A stretch of 64,000 nt of DNA from an uncultured Anaerolineae bacterium (GTDB lineage Bacteria; Chloroflexota; Anaerolineae; CG2-30-64-16). Position numbers and translations under genes: made by a program. The DNA is taken from assembly GCA_937124585.1 (NCBI GenBank), contig CAKZKT010000104.1, positions 1,316 through 65,315 of the forward strand. Direction: 5' to 3'. The notes below the pieces were generated by a model that did not search any database, was not told the DNA's origin, and saw only the letters and a program-made list of their open reading frames with translations. The stretch's first letter is position 1; each line of letters opens with the position of its first letter. Below are positions 18,289-26,081 of the stretch, piece by piece.

Positions 18289-19203
18289 CTACCTCAAAGT
18301 CAGGGTCACAGCGGACACCAGCATGGCCGCCAACCACCAGGGGCCGCTGCGCGCGAGGCTCTGCTCCAGATCGGTGCCGGCCGCCCGGTCACGCCAGATC
18401 AGCCAGCTCGGCAATAAGAGAAGCGGAGCCACGACGATCAGGGCGATCAGATTGTGCAGGCCGATCAAGGCCAGGATCACAGTGGCCTGGCCCAGCCACA
18501 GGCCGGCCATACGCCGACCCGACGACAGGTGCGCGCGCCGCGCACCCCAGCCCAGGACAGTGAAAGCCAGACCGAGCACGAGGGCCGCAGGGATCTCGAG
18601 CGGCAGCCGCCATGCCGTCGGTTCGGGCAGCGTGAGCGTCCAGCCGAGCAGCCAAGGCAGGCCGACGTTGAGCAGCGCATCGCAGGCGGCCGGCTGCTTG
18701 CCCGTTTGCGCCAGGAACCAGCCCCACAGCGTCACCGTCCAGGCGAGGAGGGTGAGCACCAGCGCTGGCGGTCCCAAGAGAAGTCCCAAAAATGCCGCCA
18801 GTGCCGCTGAGGCGAGCAATTCGCGCCAGCTTGCATCCGCGATCACGTGTCGGAGGAACCGCAATGTGCGGCCCGCCGGCCCGGTGGGCTGATAGTATGG
18901 CAACCGGACGGTCTGGACGATCGCGTCAGGCCCGGCGGCGGGTGACGCGCGCGCGGTCATTCGCCCCAGTGCGCCCCAAGCAGGATCGGCCAGAATCACC
19001 GCGCCGATCAGACGCAACAAAGATGCATCGGCGCTCAGCGGCGCCGCGCTCGCCAGAACGGCCGCCAGCACCGCCCAGGCCGGACCGATCCGCCACAGAT
19101 CGGGCCCAACCCAGATCCGTAAGCCGATCACGGGCCCTACGTCTGCCCCGAAGCGTACGCGCCGGGCCCATCCGGCATCAGACATGACGCCTCCCAAAGG
19201 CAA
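18289..19203 (-). CDS. hypothetical polytopic membrane protein, first gene of the cdaA operon
   Basis: 304-aa ORF with more than 6 hydrophobic segments and no recognisable motif. It is translationally adjacent to cdaA. Confidence 0.4.
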   Translation of the reverse strand: MPLGGVMSDAGWARRVRFGADVGPVIGLRIWVGPDLWRIGPAWAVLAAVLASAAPLSADASLLRLIGAVILADPAWGALGRMTARASPAAGPDAIVQTVRLPYYQPTGPAGRTLRFLRHVIADASWRELLASAALAAFLGLLLGPPALVLTLLAWTVTLWGWFLAQTGKQPAACDALLNVGLPWLLGWTLTLPEPTAWRLPLEIPAALVLGLAFTVLGWGARRAHLSSGRRMAGLWLGQATVILALIGLHNLIALIVVAPLLLLPSWLIWRDRAAGTDLEQSLARSGPWWLAAMLVSAVTLTLR

Positions 19204-19249
19204 ATGGTTGCATGATCAAGGCTATTGTAACAAGCGGAAGGCCGCTGGT

Positions 19250-19305
19250 CAAATGACAAAAAGCGCACGCGCCAGGCGCCTTCATGGACGCCTGGCGCGT
19301 GCGCA
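19250..19305 (-). terminator. Rho-independent terminator of the ECF-sigma operon; its stem is related to the CCAGGC palindrome family
   Basis: GCGCACGCGCCAGGCG-loop-CGCCTGGCGCGTGCGC (16-bp arms), followed on the minus strand by TTTTTGTCATTTG. Confidence 0.6.
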
Positions 19306-19322
19306 TGATCCGGCGAGGCGGC

Positions 19323-20441
19323 TCAGGATGACGACGCGTCCAGATCGGTCGCCGGGGCCTCGGGGCCGGCTGTGCTCGCGCCGGTTGTGCTCACTGGTGG
19401 CAAGGTCATCGCATCGCCTCGCTCGGGTCGGACCGTCGGCTGATCGTCTCGCTCGGGCGGAATCGCCGGCCGACGCGATATCCCCTCCGGCGGCTGCGTC
19501 CCGAACCGGGTCAGCACGACTGCGCCCAGGCCGACGCAACCCAACGCCAGCCCAAACAACGAGCCGATACACCAGGGAAGCCGCGCCAGAACGGTGATGA
19601 TGGCCACACCCAGCGCAATCTCGCCGAGGGCGTTCGCGTTGTGGACACGCAGGGCTTGCAACAGGCGCTGCCCCAGCCACAGGCCGACGGCCAGCCAGCC
19701 GACCACCCCGGCGACCAGCAGGGCCAGCCAGACCAGAAGGCCGCTGCAACAGGCGATCAAGAACAGCAAGCCCAGCAGGAAGCCGACGACCAGGGTCAGC
19801 AGCCCCATGCTGAAGCTCATGAAAGGAGCCGAGGCGGCCTGGTCGGCAATGCGGCCCATGGCCTGCGGCGCTGCAGAGACAGCGATCGCGCCGAGCAGCG
19901 CCAGGCCCACCACCCAGGCCAGCGTGACCAGCTGCCACACCACGATGGCGCCCAACACGTCCCAGATGTCGTTCGACTGGCCCACTCGCGGCCGGAGAAA
20001 TTCCGGCGGCGCGAAATTGCCGCCGATGCGCGGCAGCCATGTGAAGGGCGCCGACAGGCCGCCGATCACTTCGCCCGTGACCACAGCGCCCGGCGCTCGG
20101 TGAATGGCGCCGCCGAACACGGCGAGGTCGCCATTGATCACGGCGCTCTCGTGCAGCGTCGCCGATCCGCCGAACAACACCACGTCACCGGTGACCGTGC
20201 CGTCCACGCCGAGATTGCCGCCGAACACCGCGATATCCCCGCGCACAGCGCTGCCCTGTTGCAGTTCCACTGATCCGCCCAGGACCGCCAGGTTGCCGGC
20301 CAGCGTTTCCTCCGACTTCAGCGTGAAGGATTGGCCGATGATCAGGCGATCGCCGGTGATATCCTGGGCTAAAGCTGTCGGTGCGGCCACGATCAAGATG
20401 AGCAACGCCAGCAGGCCGATGCCTGCAGCTCGACATTTCAT
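19323..20441 (-). CDS. secreted/membrane-anchored bactofilin-like (polymer-forming, beta-helical repeat) protein
   Basis: Signal peptide. Repeated G-D-h-x-V-x-G motifs (GDIAVFGGNLGVDGTVTGDVVLFGGSATL...) are typical of the bactofilin/DUF583 beta-helix. C-terminal TM segments and a Pro-rich tail follow. Confidence 0.55.
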   Translation of the reverse strand: MKCRAAGIGLLALLILIVAAPTALAQDITGDRLIIGQSFTLKSEETLAGNLAVLGGSVELQQGSAVRGDIAVFGGNLGVDGTVTGDVVLFGGSATLHESAVINGDLAVFGGAIHRAPGAVVTGEVIGGLSAPFTWLPRIGGNFAPPEFLRPRVGQSNDIWDVLGAIVVWQLVTLAWVVGLALLGAIAVSAAPQAMGRIADQAASAPFMSFSMGLLTLVVGFLLGLLFLIACCSGLLVWLALLVAGVVGWLAVGLWLGQRLLQALRVHNANALGEIALGVAIITVLARLPWCIGSLFGLALGCVGLGAVVLTRFGTQPPEGISRRPAIPPERDDQPTVRPERGDAMTLPPVSTTGASTAGPEAPATDLDASSS

Positions 20442-21031
20442 CAGACACCTCCCGATATGCGATCAGCATGGCGGTCCATTGCCCGTATTCGTCCGGCAGC
20501 ATCGAGATGGGCCACCCGCCATATCCATAGCCCGATCAGCGCGGCGGTCAGCCCAAGACAGCCGGCCACAGTCGCCTGCAGCGACAACCCGGCGCTGTCC
20601 AGGACGATCTCCAGACCGCGCAGGGGCCACACGAGGGCACCGAGCAGCTGGGCGATTGCGGCGAGCGCCATGCTGGCCTGCACGGGATACATGATCCCCC
20701 ACCACGCGCACGCGATCAGCGTCAGCAGCCCTGTGCAAGCGATGGCTCCCCACGCGACGAGCAGTCCCAGCCAGCCGCCCCAAGACCGACGCCGACTATC
20801 GTGCGCGGCGAGCCGCGCCATGACGCGCGCGGCGAGATCCGGCGGAGGCGCCAGCATGGGCGCCGCGCGGAAGCGCACATCCAGAGCCTGCCAGCGCGCC
20901 CAGGTGGCCGCGCACGCCGGGCAAATCTCCAGATGGGTCTTCAGGGCGCGCAACTGCTCGACATCCGCCTCATGATCCAGCGCCAGCGACATCAACTCGG
21001 TGAAATATGTATGCATAGGCCTATCCTGCAC
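20441..21031 (-). CDS. zinc-finger (zf-HC2-like) anti-sigma factor, membrane-spanning
   Basis: The N-terminal H..(x)..C..C motif (THLEICPACAATWARW) is followed by a TM segment. It is immediately downstream of and overlapping the ECF sigma gene. Confidence 0.6.
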   Translation of the reverse strand: MQDRPMHTYFTELMSLALDHEADVEQLRALKTHLEICPACAATWARWQALDVRFRAAPMLAPPPDLAARVMARLAAHDSRRRSWGGWLGLLVAWGAIACTGLLTLIACAWWGIMYPVQASMALAAIAQLLGALVWPLRGLEIVLDSAGLSLQATVAGCLGLTAALIGLWIWRVAHLDAAGRIRAMDRHADRISGGV

Positions 21032-21632
21032 TCAATACTGTGGCCAAAGCAGATGCGCCGGACGGGATGCGTTCAGCAATTTGCAGCCTGGCCCGATGCA
21101 GCCGGGATTTCACGGCCTGCACCGTGATGCCCATGATCTCGCCGATCTCCGCGTAGGAAAAGCCGTACCAGTAATGCAGGATCAGCGGCACGCGATAGCC
21201 CGGCGCCAGGCGCTGCACAGCCTCCTGCACTTCCAAACGCGCCTCACCGTGCAAAACGGTTTCCTCTGGCCCGGGCCGGAGACTGGGCAGTGTGGCGGCG
21301 ACCGGGTCGTCGTCCAGTGAGAGCCAGGCCAGGCGTCGGCGGCGCAGGCGATCTACGCAGTAGTGCGAGGCGATGGACAGTACCCACGAGATCGGTTTGC
21401 GGGAGGGATCATAGGTGGCCAGCCTCGTGTAGATGCGCACGAATGTCTCCTGTGTGGCATCTTCGGCCTCGGCCGCATCGCCGAGCATCCGGTAAGCCAG
21501 ATTGTAGACCGGCCGCTGATACGCCTCGACCAGGCGGCAAAAAGCCGCGCGATCGCCGCGCTGGGCCAGCTCCCACCAGAGCTTCTCTTGCGCATCTATG
21601 TTCATGCGTTCCACCGTGTTCTCGCTCTCCAT
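21021..21632 (-). CDS. ECF-type RNA polymerase sigma-70 factor (sigma-24 family)
   Basis: Region 2 (YQRPVYNLAYRMLGDAAEAEDATQETFVRIY) and region 4 (SYAEIGEIMGITVQAVKSRLHRAR). Confidence 0.85.
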   Translation of the reverse strand: MESENTVERMNIDAQEKLWWELAQRGDRAAFCRLVEAYQRPVYNLAYRMLGDAAEAEDATQETFVRIYTRLATYDPSRKPISWVLSIASHYCVDRLRRRRLAWLSLDDDPVAATLPSLRPGPEETVLHGEARLEVQEAVQRLAPGYRVPLILHYWYGFSYAEIGEIMGITVQAVKSRLHRARLQIAERIPSGASALATVLSAG

Positions 21633-21763
21633 TTGTTCCTACGCAATCGGAGGGTAAAGGTTTCATCTTTGGACAGAGATTGGGCCGGCAGCGCCCAACT
21701 AGTGTATAATGCGACCGTCATGCGACATCGGGCTTTAACCCCACAGTCTCAAGGAGCCTCATC

Positions 21764-22783
21764 GTGAACACGCGTGCCTACATCGCCATCGAAGGTCCGA
21801 TCGGGGTCGGCAAGACGACCTTGGCGCGCATTCTGGGCGAGACACTGCCGGCCGAAGTGCTGCTCGAAGTCTTCGAGAAGAATCCTTTTCTGAGCGATTT
21901 CTATGCCGACCGCGCGCGTTATGCGTTTCAAACGCAGATCTTCTTCCTGTTAAGTCGTTACCGACAACAGCATGGCGTCATCGCCGAGACGCTGCGTCAC
22001 AGCAGCCTGGTGAGCGACTATTTGTTCGCCAAAGACTGGCTCTTCGCTCACCTCAACCTGCAGGGCGATGAGTTGCAGATGTACGAGCGGGTGCACGCCA
22101 TCCTCGGCGAGCAGATCCCGACGCCGGACCTGGTCGTCTATCTGCGGGCATCTACCGACATCCTGATGGAGCGCATCGCCTTCCGGGATCGGCCCTATGA
22201 ACGGCAGATGTCACGCGCCTACATTGCGGCGCTGAGTGAAGCATACGACCGCTTTTTTGCCGCGTTTACGGCTGCGCCCGTGCTGACGCTGGATACAGAC
22301 GACGTGGACATCGTCCGCGATAGCCTGGCACGCGCGGAAGTCGTTGCGCGGGTGAAAGCTGCGTTGCGCGCCAACGGCCACCAAATGGTCCTGCCAGAAA
22401 TTGACCTGCTGGCGACCGGTTATGAAGGGTCGGCCGGCCGACGCCTGGCCGACCTGCAACGCGGCCTGCGCTCCACATCCGCAGCCCGTTCGCCCAGCCA
22501 GATCTACCGCGCCTACCTGCGTCTGATCGCCCAGCTCGGCGAGCTGGGCCGCCTGCTGGACGACCTGTGGGCGCGCCAGGAGGCGCTTTTGCCGGTAGTC
22601 GGCAATCGCCTGGAGTCGTACGAGCGCTCGGTGGAAGAAGCCGCCGAACGTCTGCAAGAAACGCTCTCGGCGACCCTGGCGGCCCTGCTGCAGGTCGCCA
22701 ACGACAGCGGCGTTGATTTGGAGAGCTGCTATCTCCGCAGCAGCGCCGCCCGAACGGCCAGGATGCCGGAGGAACCGAGATGA
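21764..22783 (+). CDS. deoxynucleoside kinase (dNK/dGK family) with an ~130-aa helical C-terminal extension (possibly MazG-like, tentative)
   Basis: P-loop IAIEGPIGVGKTTL and dNK motifs (..DR....FQ.Q.FFL..R) within residues 1-210. Residues ~210-339 form an acidic/helical extra domain. Start is GTG with an AAGGAG RBS. A TGTATAAT extended -10 lies upstream. Confidence 0.75.
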   Translation: MNTRAYIAIEGPIGVGKTTLARILGETLPAEVLLEVFEKNPFLSDFYADRARYAFQTQIFFLLSRYRQQHGVIAETLRHSSLVSDYLFAKDWLFAHLNLQGDELQMYERVHAILGEQIPTPDLVVYLRASTDILMERIAFRDRPYERQMSRAYIAALSEAYDRFFAAFTAAPVLTLDTDDVDIVRDSLARAEVVARVKAALRANGHQMVLPEIDLLATGYEGSAGRRLADLQRGLRSTSAARSPSQIYRAYLRLIAQLGELGRLLDDLWARQEALLPVVGNRLESYERSVEEAAERLQETLSATLAALLQVANDSGVDLESCYLRSSAARTARMPEEPR

Positions 22784-23418
22784 CCAAACGCTTCATCGCC
22801 ATCGCGGGCAACATCGGCGCGGGCAAATCGAGCCTGACCACGCTGCTCAGCCGGCGGCTGGGCTGGGAGCCTTTCTACGAGGCGGTTTCGGACAACCCCT
22901 ACCTGGCCGACTTCTATGCTGACATGTCCCGCTACGCGTTTCACTCGCAGATATTCTTCCTATCGCGGCGTCTGCGTCATCATCGCCGCCTGCTCGATTT
23001 CCCCGGATCGGTCATCCAGGACCGCAGTGTCTATGAGGACGCGGAGATCTTTGCCCGCGCGCTCTACAATCAGGGCCATATTGTACCACGAGATTATCAG
23101 ACGTACCGCGAGCTGTATGAGGTCCTGGTGTGTTTCCTCCCGCCGCCGGATCTGGTGGTCTACCTGCGCGCCTCGGTACCCACCCTGCTGCAACGCATCG
23201 CCTTGCGCGGCCGCAGCTTCGAGCAGAACATCGCTCCCGGCTATTTGACCGAATTGAACGCGCTGTACGAGGCCTGGATGCAAAGTTTTTCACTGTGCCC
23301 GGTCTTGACGGTTCCGGCCGACCGGCTGGATTTCGTTCACGAGACGGCCCATTTGGACCTGATCGTGTCCAAGATCGAGGAAAAGCTCAGCGGGAAAGAA
23401 GAGGTAATTTTTTCTTGA
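22780..23418 (+). CDS. deoxynucleoside kinase (second tandem paralog)
   Basis: IAIAGNIGAGKSSL P-loop, ...DRS.YED..IFAR.L... Its start overlaps the stop of the preceding dNK. Confidence 0.85.
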   Translation: MTKRFIAIAGNIGAGKSSLTTLLSRRLGWEPFYEAVSDNPYLADFYADMSRYAFHSQIFFLSRRLRHHRRLLDFPGSVIQDRSVYEDAEIFARALYNQGHIVPRDYQTYRELYEVLVCFLPPPDLVVYLRASVPTLLQRIALRGRSFEQNIAPGYLTELNALYEAWMQSFSLCPVLTVPADRLDFVHETAHLDLIVSKIEEKLSGKEEVIFS

Positions 23419-24554
23419 TGTGCAGTTTGCGGATGTCGGGCTTCAGTGCTATGATTGCTGGCGAGGGAGAGGGGGCCAGCAAGACGATGACAACACCGTG
23501 GTCAGTCGGTGAGGAGGTGCCGGTCGCGCCGGCAGAAAGCGCTGAACCGACCAGTGCCATGCTGGGCGATGTGCTGCATGTGGTTTGGAGCCACAACCGG
23601 ATGCTCCATCATGCCTGGCGCGACGCAGAGGGATGGAGCCAGCCGACACCGGTTGCTTATGGTGAGCAGCCGGCACTGGCTGCGGCAGGCGAGCGCCTGC
23701 ATTGTCTTTTCTCGGCGCAATTCATGCGCAATTACGAAATCTATCATGTGGCCTGGGACGGCGTCCGCTGGAGCCTGCCGGTCAACGTTTCGTCCACCTA
23801 CGGCGTCTCACGGCATCCGGTTCTGGCAGCCGGCAGCGATGGCGTGTTGCATGCGGCTTGGGCCGACACGACGCCCGGCTATTCCACGATCTACTACGGC
23901 ACGCGCGGGGCAACATTTTGGGCCAATCGGCCCGTGCCGAGCGGTCGGGGCATCATGCCCGCCATTGCTGTGGCGCCCGACGGCGCGGTTTACATCGCCT
24001 GGTCCGATCGGCGCAGCGATACCGGCGCTTACGATGTCTATTGTGCCCTCTACCGCGACAACATCTGGTATCCACCCGAATCGGTTTCGGACAGCGCCAC
24101 CGCCGACTCACTTTATCCCCAGCTGGCAATAGATGCGCGCGGGGTCTGTCATATCATCTGGAGCGAAGACAACGGCGAGACTTGCCGCATCTATCACGCA
24201 GACCGCAGGCCACAGGGATGGGCGAAGCCGACAGATGTCTCGCAGGCAGACGCTGATCTCGGCCTGGCGCGGCTGGCGATCAACCCGTTTGGCTTCGTGC
24301 ATGTCTTCTGGTCGGACGGCGCCACCATCCATCATCGCATCAAACCGCAGGCGTTCGATGCGGCCTGGCGCAGCTCCGAGCTTGTCACCCCGAATTTTGC
24401 CGAGCCCTCTGCCCTCTCCCCTGCCCTGAGCGCGTCACGTCGAGCGCATGTCGTCTGGTGCGGCCGCGACGCAGCCGGCAGCTGCCGCCTGTTTCACGTC
24501 GAGCGCACACCATTTCCCAGCCCCAGCGTCTTTTTGCCGATTGTTTTTAGGTAA
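23418..24554 (+). CDS. cytoplasmic 7-bladed beta-propeller protein (BNR/Asp-box- or PD40-like repeats), unknown function
   Basis: Seven repeats spaced ~45-50 aa of the form G.hHhhW.D...G...hY (HVVWSHN, HVAWDG, HAAWADT, YIAWSDRRSDTG, HIIWSEDNGET, HVFWSDGAT, HVVWCGRD). No signal peptide. The start ATG overlaps the dNK stop (TGATG). The upstream extension of the raw ORF from 23130 overlaps dNK2 and is rejected. Confidence 0.6.
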   Translation: MCSLRMSGFSAMIAGEGEGASKTMTTPWSVGEEVPVAPAESAEPTSAMLGDVLHVVWSHNRMLHHAWRDAEGWSQPTPVAYGEQPALAAAGERLHCLFSAQFMRNYEIYHVAWDGVRWSLPVNVSSTYGVSRHPVLAAGSDGVLHAAWADTTPGYSTIYYGTRGATFWANRPVPSGRGIMPAIAVAPDGAVYIAWSDRRSDTGAYDVYCALYRDNIWYPPESVSDSATADSLYPQLAIDARGVCHIIWSEDNGETCRIYHADRRPQGWAKPTDVSQADADLGLARLAINPFGFVHVFWSDGATIHHRIKPQAFDAAWRSSELVTPNFAEPSALSPALSASRRAHVVWCGRDAAGSCRLFHVERTPFPSPSVFLPIVFR

Positions 24555-24555
24555 G

Positions 24556-24640
24556 CCGTTTTTTTGATTCGCGTAGTGTGGTGTTGTTTTTGGGATGTTG
24601 TTTGTGGAGTTTTTGGGTGTAGTATATTGGCTACACGAAA
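24556..24640 (-). repeat. A/C-rich low-GC intergenic element, copy B (minus strand: TTGCAA-16-TATACT promoter-like, then a C/A-rich tract and CTACGCGAA); inverted homolog of 5495-5580
   Basis: Homologous to copy A (see there). It lies between the stop of the propeller gene and a bidirectional terminator. Confidence 0.5.
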
Positions 24641-24670
24641 TATTGCAATGTAAATCGCCAAAATAAACGA

Positions 24671-24703
24671 CGCATAAAAAGGCTCGAGGCGCCCGTTGGG
24701 GGC
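24671..24703. terminator. bidirectional Rho-independent terminator
   Basis: Perfect 13-bp-arm hairpin GGCTCGAGGCGCC-CGTTGGG-GGCGCCTCGAGCC. It is flanked by an A-run (plus side) and TTTTTATGCGTCGTTTATTTT on the minus strand, serving the DUF362 gene and possibly the plus-strand operon. Confidence 0.75.
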
Positions 24704-24759
24704 GCCTCGAGCCTTAAAACACACGAAACGGACACGCGGCGTCGCGTGTCATCCCGACA

Positions 24760-25983
24760 TCAAGCCGCGCGGCGCCGGCTCACAGCGTAGGCTGCGCCGG
24801 CCAACAACATGGCCAGACCTGTGGCCAGGACGCCGCCGGCGATGGCTGCAGTGCGCGGCTCCATGCCCGGCATCACAACCTTGCCATCACCATAGCTTTG
24901 GAACAAACGGCCCCACTTCGTCTCAAGCGCGGCCGCCACGCGCGGCCGGCCGACGAACGGATACCAGTACACGTTGTGATAGAAATTGGACGCGAAATAG
25001 CTCCACGGCACCAGCGGCGAACGCAGGAGCAGGTTTTCAAACGGCTTGAGCGCGCCGTGGTAGATCAGTTTTTGGCCGCGGCTGGCAAAGGTGTCCTCCT
25101 GCACAAACCCCCAGTCCTCGGCCGAGATGTCGTAACCTACCACCTCGATCTGCTTCGGATCGCCGATCCCCAGCCCCAGCTCATGCGCCAGACGGATGAA
25201 CTTCAAATCCATAGGGTTGAAGCCCTGCAGCTTGGCCGAGATGGCGTCAATGGCCACCTGGTCGGCCGAGGCCAGGATGATGTCCTTCTCGTGCCAGCGC
25301 ATGGCGCGCGGGCCTGGCCCATCGCCGGCAAAAGTGCCATCCATGACCGCGAACAGCCCGCTGTGGATCTCCTGCTGAATGGCCAACAGGTCCGCGACGG
25401 TCTCATGGATCACGCCATGCGTCCAGTGGCGTTTCTCGTTCAGCAGGCCGCCGAACGCGTTCTTCATGGCGCCGGTGATTACGGTGAAGACGTGTGTCTT
25501 GACTGTCGGCAGCTGGATGATGTTCTTGTCGAAGAAATACTCGGGCAGCAAGATGCCTTCCGGGAAGATCTTGTCCAGGACGAGCATGGGGGCCTTCGGG
25601 GTGTAGCGCACCCAGCGCACCTCCGGCTCGTAGAGGTGCACATTGCGCAGCCCGTATGCGTCCACGACATCTTTGTGCTTGTTGTTTTTCTCGCCCACGT
25701 AGGCGTCCACGACAACGGTCTTGTTGTGGGCCGCGGAGAGGTCGGTGTACCCGTCTGCCAGCAGCTTTTTGATCACGCCCTCGATCTGCCAGGGTGTGCT
25801 GGAGCAGGCCGGGTACCAGGTTTGCCAGGAGATGTTGATCTTCAGGATCGTCTCACGCCCGCGCGGCAGCGCCTGCTGGTAGCCGGCCATATCCATCAGG
25901 CGGCCGATATCTTCCAACACCGTCTCCGGCGTGGTTTTCAAGACGGCGACCTTCCCCTTCCCTGGAAAATCATGCGGTATCAT
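24760..25983 (-). CDS. DUF362-like domain protein with a C-terminal TM anchor
   Basis: About 408 aa from MIPHDFPGKGKVAVLKT. The segment ..ILKINISW.. / ..VKTH...ITGAMKN.FG.. resembles DUF362 (often ferredoxin-associated). The C-terminus has a hydrophobic helix (AAIAGGVLATGLAMLLAGAAYA). Confidence 0.45.
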   Translation of the reverse strand: MIPHDFPGKGKVAVLKTTPETVLEDIGRLMDMAGYQQALPRGRETILKINISWQTWYPACSSTPWQIEGVIKKLLADGYTDLSAAHNKTVVVDAYVGEKNNKHKDVVDAYGLRNVHLYEPEVRWVRYTPKAPMLVLDKIFPEGILLPEYFFDKNIIQLPTVKTHVFTVITGAMKNAFGGLLNEKRHWTHGVIHETVADLLAIQQEIHSGLFAVMDGTFAGDGPGPRAMRWHEKDIILASADQVAIDAISAKLQGFNPMDLKFIRLAHELGLGIGDPKQIEVVGYDISAEDWGFVQEDTFASRGQKLIYHGALKPFENLLLRSPLVPWSYFASNFYHNVYWYPFVGRPRVAAALETKWGRLFQSYGDGKVVMPGMEPRTAAIAGGVLATGLAMLLAGAAYAVSRRRAA

Positions 25984-26081
25984 GGTGGTTTCTCCTTGAT
26001 CAAAATGCAAGTTGCCCGCCGGAGAATGTCCGGCGGGCAACTTGGGTCGGCTGGCAGCAGTCCCAGGCCCGCCGACTGCTC

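Noticed and set aside
23130-23417. Upstream 96 codons of the raw 474-aa ORF for the propeller protein
   Set aside because: This part overlaps the well-supported dNK2 coding region in another frame. The ATG at 23418 overlapping the dNK2 stop (TGATG) is the plausible start.
5495-24640. The 19-kb segment bracketed by the two inverted A/C-rich elements as a mobile or integrated element (it contains tmRNA, a frequent integration target)
   Set aside because: The content is core housekeeping (smpB, ssrA, hflX, der, cdaA, sigma factor, dNKs). There is no integrase, transposase or phage gene, and no direct-repeat att sites.
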